Source: Octopus vulgaris (Eukaryota). Taken from it: a DNA stretch of 64,000 nt. Made by a program: the position numbers and the translations under genes. The notes under the pieces were generated by a model. The model saw only the letters and a program-made list of their open reading frames with translations. It was not told the origin of the DNA and did not search any database. The stretch lies in the NCBI GenBank assembly GCA_951406725.2, contig OX597822.1:82522001-82586000 (forward strand). Direction: 5' to 3'. Shown here piece after piece: positions 53,573-64,000 of this stretch; the first letter of the stretch is position 1; every line of letters begins with the position of its first letter.

Positions 53573-54074
53573 AAGAGTGACAGACAGGGATATATAAAGG
53601 GAGAGTGATGATACATATGTATATAAAGATAGATAGAGAGAGAAAGAGAGATACACAGACAAACATACATAGATATATATGCATGCATACGCATATACAT
53701 ACACACACACATACATACATACGCAAATACGCAAATGCATGCACACACACACACACACGCACGTGAGTGACTACTAACATGGTGACGATACCTTCTCTTG
53801 ATGGTCATGAAACTGCTAGAACAGACATAAAACAAAACACTTTTTTAGTAAAATGGATTTTCAATATTCATGCATTTTTGTTTCACCGTCCTATTATCCA
53901 GCCATCCACCACTGTTAATATCCTATGGTACAATATTATTGCAATGTTAGAAATATTTTCCCGTTATGATCCATGATTATATCATTTGGTAAACTTTATA
54001 TTTGGAGTGAATTTACTATATTCAGGGACTGTGTACTAAACGCCCAGAAAATACGTATCTAATACGTGTGTGTG

Positions 54075-54122
<48 letters not shown>

Positions 54123-55419
54123 GGAGGGAGTAGAAAGACTATGATCCTCGTTATATTGTCCCGTAACTTAGTAGTTCGAGAAATAGAGATCAAAGAGACA
54201 AGTGCTAATCCTATTGTTTATGTTCCCTTTTTCGTGATCTATGGTACTTATATCGAAATTTTGCCGCCTTTTTATGCCCTAACTTAGCAGTTCGATAAAT
54301 AAAGATCAATGAGACAAGAAGCAACCTGAAGTAATTACGGGAGTCGATATGTAGCAGTGCTCTAGCTTGGCCGCAAGCCCACTAACTGAAACTGGTAAAA
54401 GAATATACATTTAACATAAATTTACACACACACACACACACGAACAAAGTTATGTAGTCAACACTTGAACATCGCCCATCACGTGTTTTAAGCTCTGCAA
54501 CAACATCAGAAATTGTAAATATTTACCTCAAAATCTCCATGTGTCGAACAATTAGCCAGAAACGGAAGCGGCAGCAACACCAGCAACAGTTAATACCACA
54601 CCAACCGTATGCCAAAGCTAAGCACAAAAGCCTCCTTATTACTACACACTTGTATCTAACCTCTGTGTTTTGCTGGCGATATTTTGTAATGTAATATCAA
54701 CTAATTTCATTGATCTACATGAGTAAATGGTGTATATCATAGCATAGCATAGCAACTTTACTATTGTCATCGTTTTTTCTCTCTTTTACACACACGCAAA
54801 CGTGCGTAATTATCGTCACCAGCCAAGACGGACTAGTGGAGGGAAAAGTATAAATGGAAAGAAAACCGATGGGAAAGAAATCAGAAAAGCGATAAGAAGG
54901 AAGAAAGACAGACGGGACGGGCGAAGTGAAATTGAAGAAATGAAGAAAGACAAACAAATAAAGAGAAAAAGACAGACGAAAAGAAACGAAAACGGATAAA
55001 ACTGAAAGGAAAAAAACTCCAACAAGAACAGAAGAGAAGAAAAAAAACAAACTGATTTGAAGGATAGATTGGGGGAAGCTGGATTGATATATATAAAGGA
55101 CGTGAAAGAAAGTTAGGAGTTCATTAAGTGAGGATAAAGAAACGACAAGAGAGGAAGGGACAGTCACAAAAAGGAAGAACTATCAGAGCAAGTCGGTTCT
55201 TAATCTTAATGTTTAGTGTTCTGATGAAGAAGTTAAACCAGTGCTTGTCTCAGGTACACGATATTCTGTGTGGATGTTTACAGGAACCACCACATTTCCA
55301 GCGCTATGGAAGGGGATCATCACCAGTAAGTTCGACTGAGTACCTTACCTAACACTCATTCAGCATTACACATTCACCCCATCTTTCTTTCCCTCCACCT
55401 GTATCACCTTACAAACGTT

Positions 55420-55470
<51 letters not shown>

Positions 55471-55879
55471 GCATACATACATATGTATATGCACGCATAC
55501 ATACATATGTATATGCACGCATACATACATATGTATATACACGCAAACATACATATGTATACACACGCATACACATATATATATGAGCCTCACACAGGCT
55601 TTTTCTTTCTATTCTACTCTCGTATGTATGTATAGTCATGGGTTATTTTTATTTCGCTATTTCAAACTCGCGTAGTTTTCTTCTTTCTCCCGTTCTCTCT
55701 TTCTTGGTATTTCGGTTCTTTCATTTTACTATTCGGTCTACTTTCACTCCAGTTCTATATAAACGTAGAAAGTAAAACACACACACACACGCAAAAAAAA
55801 AAACCCACTATGTATTCACCAGCAGTGCTGGATAAACAAGAAAAATATATCCGATATTTAATAACTAATTTCCCCATTA

Positions 55880-56075
55880 TTGCTTTCAAATTTTGGCTCA
55901 AAGCCAGAAATTTCGGGGGAGGTGGGTAAGTCGATTATGTCGCCCTCAGTGCTCAATTGGTTACTTTATCCATCTCGAGAGGATGAAAAGCAAAGTAGAG
56001 CTCGGCGGAATTTGAACTCAGAACATAAAGAAAGACGGACGAAATACCGCGAAACATTTTGCCTGGCGCGGTGAA
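55880..56075 (-). mobile_element. SINE family B, diverged but CpG-retaining
   Basis: GGATGAAAAGCAAAGTAGAGCTCGGCGGAATTTGAACTCAGAAC. Confidence 0.8.
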
Positions 56076-57065
56076 AAAAAGTTAAAACATTCTCTTTATT
56101 GAGACGGTGCTGTGATGGCTTGTATCCCTCTTTACGTTATTTTGATGTAGATAAGACTTCTCTGCAAATTCAATCCTCACCTTCTCTCTCGTTTTTCTAT
56201 CCTATCTTTCTTAAACTTGTCATTTTCTCTGATACTCATTCTCTGCCCCCCCCCCTCGCTTTCTCTCTCTCTCTCGTTTTCTCTCAACCACTCTCCCTTC
56301 CCCCCTCTCTCTCTCAGACTCTATCTTTTGCTCGAATCAACGAAGTAATCTATGGTCGGCTGTTCGATCTGTTAGAAATAGCAGCCAAAAGAAATGAGAA
56401 GACACTTTGGATAATGGAGTGTTATGTATATTGTTTTAAAAAATGAGATAGTCACGGTCGGGACGCTTTTTACCACAGGTCTGCTCGAATCAGGGCTTAC
56501 AACTGAATAAAACCATCACCACCACCTGTTAACTAACTCTTATCGTTTCTTCATATATTTTCTTTTCTTCATTCATCTCTTTCTATCTCGTTTAACCGTT
56601 CCTTCTTTAGCTCTGCTCTTTTCTCTCAATTTACCCAAGTCTCCATGTCACACCTCCCTTGTTTTTTTTCTTCCCATTCGCTGAATCTGCTGTACTTTTT
56701 CTCTTCTCCCTCACACCATATTTTTGCTTCATTGGAACCAACTTTGGCTCACACCATCACTTACTTTTGCTCAACTTCTCTTTCAAACCATCTCTAGCTT
56801 TCACACCCTCTTTGTCAACGACCCCATTTCCTGCTGTACAATAATTATATATTTTGCAAGAACGTCGTGAAGACAACACCAAATGTGATTTGTGGGAATG
56901 GCCATCGTTTGAAGATCCGTTGAAAAACGATGAGCTAGGAATTATTCCCACCGCGCGCGTAATCGGAGAATGTGATCAAGGTGTATTTCTGTGGTACCAC
57001 GTTGAATGGTTAATACCACAGTCAGGACCGTCACATTAGGATTTATAGGTCCCTGTGCTCTAGAT

Positions 57066-57301
57066 AAGTGGTCCTCAACCATTTTTTAAAGTACTCTTTT
57101 CATTCCTATTTTATTCGGATAGATCCTTATAACCACTCGATGTTTAAAAAAAAATCCTATAATATTTTTAATGATTAAATATAATTAGGAATTGGATAAA
57201 AAGAAACTTGTTAAAATATTTTGTATATTACAGATAAATTTTAACAACAAAATTATATATAGACCCCTAAGGATCAGATGGACCCAGGTTGAGAACCACT
57301 T
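57066..57301 (+). mobile_element. hAT MITE (related fragment at about 33670-33915)
   Basis: AAGTGGTCCTCAACC...GGTTGAGAACCACTT. Confidence 0.8.
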
Positions 57302-58147
57302 CCGTAGACCCTTTTGTATTTATTTATTGACAGCAATCCACAACATACATAAATTAGAATTGGACCTCTAAACCCTCAGGTAATAGCCCCTTGTGCCCAT
57401 ACTGAAGACGGCACTGTCCACAGGTCTATAATTTCTATCGATTGATAACCATTCAGTTAAAAATCACAATCTACTCACCTACATAATAGAGAAATGTTAT
57501 TTTCTTACGTACAGAACATAACAGAATGGCATAAAATAGCTTAGTTTAAATGACGACCTCATGACAATCTCAAAATCAGGGACACATTGCCAAAATATTA
57601 TGTCAAACAAGTTATAACACGCGATGATATATGTATCTATTTTTATCATGTGTACATATATACATACATCATGTGTGTATATATGTTACTCAAAAATGTG
57701 TATCTACTAAAATTTTGTCAACATTTCAATTTGTAAGTTTTAAAGTGCTTAGTCACCTATGCAAGTAAGGATTTTAAAACTCCATTCCATTTTTAGTAAC
57801 CTTTTTTTTTTAACTCCGTCACTTTAGTTTGCTGTTCATATTAACTCTTGCTCCACTCATTCCTCTCTACGTATTAAATGCTAACTTACTCTTATCTTTA
57901 CCATTTTTCTTAGTCACTCGTTTTCTGTGTCACAGTTTTTCTTTTTAATCCTGTTCTTTTTGTAATGTCAACAATTTTTCTAACTCAACGATCCCACAGT
58001 ACTCACGAAATCTCTAATCGTGCCAGCGACGGTGCCTCTACTCTAGAAACAGGAACCAGACTCCTTCAATCCGCGCTGTATCATCTTAAAAAAAGGAAGG
58101 ACACATCGTACGTAAAGTCAAGATGGTCCTGCTTCAACGCTTTAGAT

Positions 58148-58396
58148 CAGCAGTTCTCACCCAGGGTCGTTAATATGACCCTTGGGGGTCCACACAAGAT
58201 TTTGTTGTTAAAATTTATGCCCAATAAATTGGTTTTACAGAAAATATTTTAACTTTTTTAAATACAATTCCTAATAATATTTAATTCTAAAAATATAATA
58301 GGATTTTTTAAACATCGAATAGCTATGAGGGTCCGCCCAAATAAATTAGGAATCAGAAGGGGTCCATAGGTATAAAAAAATGGTTGAGAATCTCTA
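58148..58396 (-). mobile_element. hAT MITE, same family as 57066 in opposite orientation, inserted in a family D repeat
   Basis: Perfect 8-bp TSD CTTTAGAT at 58140-58147 and 58397-58404. Confidence 0.88.
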
Positions 58397-60961
58397 CTTT
58401 AGATCATAGGTGTCTGTCTGTTCAACCAAGGTTGATCTGGGTAACTAAACAAGTATTTTAATTCCTTCTAATCTTTTTCTATCTGAACTTAACCTCTTTG
58501 CAAAGCGCGTATGCCACATACGCTTTTTTACCACGTTTCTGCTTCCATACTTTCTTTTATAGTGGGATGGGTAACTTCGCTCATCTATCCGTCTTCAGAG
58601 TTCTTCCTTTTGTAATTCAATGTCACAGCTCATCTTTAATGGGTTTTTGCTTTTCTGTTTTCCTTTCTCACTTATGCAATAAAAACTCTTTAATCTGGCA
58701 CCCGTGAGACTAAATTCATGCCGAATCACTTACCAACAGAATCTTAAAACTATCTCATAAACATCCCTGTTAAGAAATGTAGAATAAAATTTAAACAGAA
58801 AATATTAATTTTGATCATTTTCACAGATTAGAGAGAAAAGTTCAAGAAAGAATGAAAATCGAATCGATGTCGGTAGCACTCTGGAAGAAACCATTAACTA
58901 AAATCTTTGGAGTTCTTTACAGCCTTGAAAATATTGTATTATTTTACAATAAATTACTGCTCGGAAATGATGGCGTAGAGAATTGTTCCACAAAACATGA
59001 AACCCTTGATGCTGCCAAGAAATGTAAAAGTAAAAAAAAATAACTTCTTAGCGTACAGGGGAGCCTGGCATGATCATTCGACTTGCTAAAAATGCCAACC
59101 ATTTCTCCCTCCTTTTTCATCTTGTTGCTTTTAAGAAGGAAATGGTGAAACGTCGGATAATGTAGTCTTGGATATAGCGTGTCCATAAAAAGAAAACGAT
59201 ATGGTACAGCTAGAATGTCTTTGGTTAGAGGTCTGCGTGATTAGCTGGTTTAGGGTTAAACAACTTTAAAAAAACTCCGAGCGGACAAAAAAGGGTTTGT
59301 ACGGTCCCTCGACATTGTTGGAAATAGCAGTAAACATCCCTCCAATGACACATTCGGATAATAGTTATCCAAATGTTCTAGTTATACAAAACGACAGGTT
59401 GGTCTGTCATAGTTGGAACGTCTTTGATAGTAGGGATGATTAAAGGCTACAAAAGACCATTAACAACATACATTACAAAAACAACTTTATGGAAACAGAC
59501 ATTAAGTGAAAATGGGCAAATTTAAATCGTAATCTTTGCAAATTGGAACTGGATAAATGAGTTCCTTCCACTTATTTATTTACACCCAAGCATTCCATGT
59601 CAAGTGCTGTGTTCACTCTTATTTTCTGGGTAACATTCCCCTCCATGTCACATTTACCGCTTTACTGCCTTTTCTTTTTCATGTCAACTTATTTTCACTT
59701 CTTTTCTATCATATATTTCTTTTATCTTTTCTGTTTCTCACTTCCATCTTTTAGTTCTTCACTTCGTTTTAGCCTCACGGTCAAGACTATCCATGCTTGG
59801 GCTCCATAGATCCTATATTTTAGCACTTGTTCCCTCTATCTTCCTATCTTTTTGTTTTTTTAGCTCTGTATATATCAACGGTCATTTTCTGTAACTCATT
59901 GTTCTTACTCTATCTCTATGACTCCCTTTCTCTCTCTCTCTGTTTTTCTTTCGTTTACGCTTTCTATTTACTCTCTCTTCTGTTCTAGCTTCTCTCTAAC
60001 TCCCTTTAGGAACTTTCTCTTTTATTTCTGTATCTGTGTCACACTCTGTTTCTTTTCTTCTTTACTGATGTAAGTCTCTCTCTCTCTCTCCACAACTATA
60101 TTTATGCCACAATCTCTTTCTTTTCTCTCGTGTTTAGTTCTCATTTACTTCCATACGCCTCTTAATGCTATTTCCCACCTACTCCATCCTAATCTCTTTT
60201 TATGGCATCTCTCTCACCCACTTACTCTCTATCTCTTTCTTTCTCTCCCTTTTTCTCTCAACACACTACTCTAATTCTTTGCCTGGTCAACACACACACT
60301 GTGTATTTCTGAGAAGGACGTGTACACACTCAGACATACATACAGCCATACATACACATTTTATACGCGAACTCGCGCACGTATCTTTACTTCTTCGTTG
60401 TTTGGCTGGTTGGCTGGTTTGATGATGATGATGATGACGACATTACTCTTTCTCTCTCCCTCTCTCTCTTTTCTTATTTCTCCCTCCCCCGTTCTCTTTC
60501 TTGTTTACATTTTCCCTCAGTTAACTCGTTCATCCCTTCCCATCACTACTTTCGTCCCTCAAAAGACATCGCGCCGCCCACACTCATCGCTTGACTTGCT
60601 AGAAATAGAAGCTAAGTTACCTTCAAATCACTTACTACTGTCTTTCAAAAAATAACAAAAGAAAAGTTATATTTGAATAAGCTGAAAAGAAACACACATA
60701 CTGAAAAAAACAGACAGACAAAAAAAAAATACGGGCGGTTACGATTTTAATGCCTCTGGCCAAATCAACTCTAAGACGAACAAGTTCCAAACTATTGAAG
60801 AATTTGGCTGTCAGAGATGACCTTGGTCTACACATCAGCAACATCCCACCTCAAATCACATAACAATATAGCCTTCACCTTCTTCATATTCTCTCTCTCT
60901 CTCTCTCTCCTACTCACCATCTGTTTTATTTTATTTTTTAACCTTGTGAGTAATACATAGA

Positions 60962-60997
<36 letters not shown>

Positions 60998-61418
60998 TTC
61001 TCTCTCTCTCTCCCCTCCCCGTCGCCCCTTCTGTATTTCTTCAAATGTCACTCCGCAAAAGTTTACACACTTTTTATTCCTGCATCACACACCTACTATG
61101 TTGAGACTCACTGTACACATACTTTTTGTTGCAGGACACACACACATACACAAAATTAATGCATATATAAATATATACATACACATATACATGCATGTAT
61201 CCATTACATTAATTGCAGTTTCAATGTTTTCTAATTAAAGCAAGTTGTTTCTCTATATTTTCTAATTAATTGGTACAAAATTACACATGTACTTGTGTAT
61301 GTCCTATGTGTCTGTGTACGTAATAGATGGGCATACACAAATTTATGTGTATGTTGATGTCTAAATATATGTATTTATGTACAATATATTTACGTATATT
61401 CACGTACAATTAAAAAAG

Positions 61419-61472
<54 letters not shown>

Positions 61473-61492
61473 GATATATCTGCATGAGTGTG

Positions 61493-61530
<38 letters not shown>

Positions 61531-61541
61531 CATACAAATGC

Positions 61542-61580
<39 letters not shown>

Positions 61581-62424
61581 TATGATGGCTTAACTGGCCG
61601 ACACTTCGAAGTCACTGTCAATAATAGCCTTGTTTAAGAATAATAAGTGTGTGTGCACAGATACACCTACTTATATTGTACCACCCCCATCTAGGTCTTT
61701 TCATAAACTGCATTATCCCGGTCGTGGTGATCTCAAACTAATTTAGATTAGCCCTATTTAAAGATACAGTTTCCACTGTACGTTGCAAAAAAAAGCAGAA
61801 GAAAAAAACAGAAAATAAAACACAGCTGCCTTTTCTAGTAACCATCTCTCATCAGACTTCATTCCTCTGCCTCCTCCCGCTCCTCTGCTGACCACCCCCT
61901 TACTTCCACTATTGCCCTAGTATGTATATGCATATATATATATATATGTATATACTATGTGCTGCAGTGTAGGTTATGAAGTCCCGTAGGACATGGAAAT
62001 GACATATCCACGTCAGACTTGTATTAAGGTAGTAGGTGTTTGTGGCTTGTGTGTGTGTGTGTATATAAATGTCAGTGTGTTTATGGACGAATGTGTGTGT
62101 GTGTGTCTATTCAATTATATGCGTGTTTAGGTGGTTTGTGCATATTGGCTGCTAGCTCAGCCTTGCCCCATCTAGAAGCGCTTGTGCAGAAATAGATACA
62201 CAGCTATACATTCACACAACCACACATAATTGTTTCTGATTTAGGTACAAACAAGTCTAGTAATTTTGAGGGGAGGGGCTCTGTCAGTACCATCGATCCT
62301 GGTACTTGGCTATTTATTTTATCAACTACAGAAGGATTTGAATGCAGGAAGTATTCAAGCCTGTTAGAAATACTGCAAGGTGTTTTTCCAACAGTTAACA
62401 ATTCTGCCAGCACCGTACATCATA

Positions 62425-62995
62425 TTTTGTCTTTTACTTGTTTCAGTCATTAGACTGCGGCCATGCTGGGGCACCACCTTGAGGAATCTCTTAGTCAGAT
62501 GAATCAACTCCAATACTTTTTATTTAAAGCTTGACTTATTCTGTTGGGCCCTTTTGCCGAACTACTAAGTTACAGAGATGTAATCAAACCAACACCAGTT
62601 TTCCAGCACAGACACAAAGACACATCCGCTTATGCATATATATACATACACACGCATATATATATATACACACACATGTATATATACACACACATATATA
62701 TATACACACACACACACATATATATATACACACATACACATGTATGTATATATATGTGTGTATATGTGTTTGTATATATATATATGTATATAAGTGTACA
62801 TATGTATGTGTGTGTGTGTGTGTGTATATATGTCTGGTGTATGCATATATGTGTGTGTGTATATATACACACACACATATGTTAAGCTTCTTTCAGTTTC
62901 TCTCAACCAAATCCACTCACACAAAGCTTTGATCAGCCCAAAGTCATAGTAGAAGACAGTTACCCAAGGTGCCATGCAGTGAGACTAAACCGAGA
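62425..62995 (-). mobile_element. SINE family A with an expanded internal microsatellite
   Basis: Tail 62425-62625, head about 62885-62995. Confidence 0.8.
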
Positions 62996-63014
62996 ATCAC
63001 AAATAATGATAATG

Positions 63015-64000
63015 ATGATTTCAAATTTTGACACAAGTTTAAGATGTGGGTTAGTCAATCACATTGACCCCAGTACTTGACCGGTATGTATTTTGTTGAC
63101 CCCAAAAGAATGAAAAGCCAAGCTGACATCTACAAAATTTTGATCCAGAATCAGAAGAAATGCTGGTCTCCATTTTGTTTAGCGCATTAATGGTTCTACA
63201 AGCTTGCTGTCTTTCATAATCACAAATAAGGAAGATAATGATTCTTTTCTCTTCTACTATAGACTCACAAGGCCTGACATTTCTGAGGGAGGGTACCTGT
63301 CGATTACATCAACCCAAGTGCTTAACTGGTACTTATTTTATCAATTGCAAAAGGATTAAAGGCTAAGTCAACCTTGGTATATTTTGAACTCAAAGCATAA
63401 AGTTGGAAGAAATGCCACAAAGCATTTTATCCAATAATAATTCTGCCAGGTCTTTCAGTCAGTGTTAGAAATCAATTGTTATTGACACAGTGGTATGTCA
63501 TCATCGTCATCATCATCATCATTTAATGTCCGTTGTCCATGCTGGCATAGGTTGGACGGTTTGACCGGGCTGGCATGCTGGAAAGCTGCATCAGACTCCA
63601 GTCTGATTTGTCATGGTTTGCTATGGCTGGATGCTCTTCCTAATGCCAACCATTCTGAGAATGAAACGGGTGTTTTTTGCGTGTCACTGGTATCTGCCAC
63701 AACTGCGATTTTGCTCAGCTTGATGGGTTTTCTTCTCAAGCACAACACATTGCCAAAATTCTTGATCATTACCTCTACGAGGCCCCAACACTGGAAAGGA
63801 ACTTGGTCACAGAAGTCAGAGAAAATACCTTGCAATATTCAGAAGCATCTATAGTGAGAGGTTGGCAGAATCATGAGGATGCTGGGCAAAATGCTTCGCT
63901 GCATTTTGTTTGTCTTCGAGTTCTGAGATCAAATTCTGCCATTGTCAAATTCCCTTTTCATCTTTTCCGGTTGATAAAATAAATACCAGTTGAACATTAG
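63015..64000. mobile_element. Cluster of two old SINE B (-), family C (-, 63495-63800) and SINE B (+, 63855 to window end)
   Basis: Family motifs. Confidence 0.8.

Noticed and set aside
56854-57039. Complex-looking 61-aa ORF (CDLWEWPSFEDPLKN...)
   Set aside because: No ATG start, no convincing splice sites and no family match from memory; BLASTx would settle it.
62025-62047. let-7-like TAAGGTAGTAGGTG
   Set aside because: Seed mismatch, 3' half diverges and there is no complementary arm.

Overview
AT-rich animal genomic DNA, most likely octopus. This assignment is an inference from the repeat families and the extreme microsatellite load. I found no protein-coding exon I can support: the ORF track is almost entirely microsatellite or SINE translation, so the window looks like a large intron or intergenic region. 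It is tiled by at least five short-repeat families, here given working names A-E: A, tRNA-head; B, with a CATCCTTTCGGGGTCGATAAA core; C, (GAT)n-tailed; D, (CAA)n-tailed; E, tRNA-head with a V-domain-like block. It also holds decayed LINE ends (Hero-like, R4/Dong-like, RTE), hAT and other MITEs, a Helitron, a probable Helentron-like element and a palindromic mariner derivative. The most notable signal is a set of hammerhead-ribozyme motifs in three apparently distinct Penelope-like short elements (about 24.1, 39.7 and 48.2 kb). One of these combines a tRNA-type Pol III promoter, a hammerhead, inverted termini and an 11-bp flanking duplication. Boundaries were read by eye and are approximate unless TIR or TSD coordinates are given.
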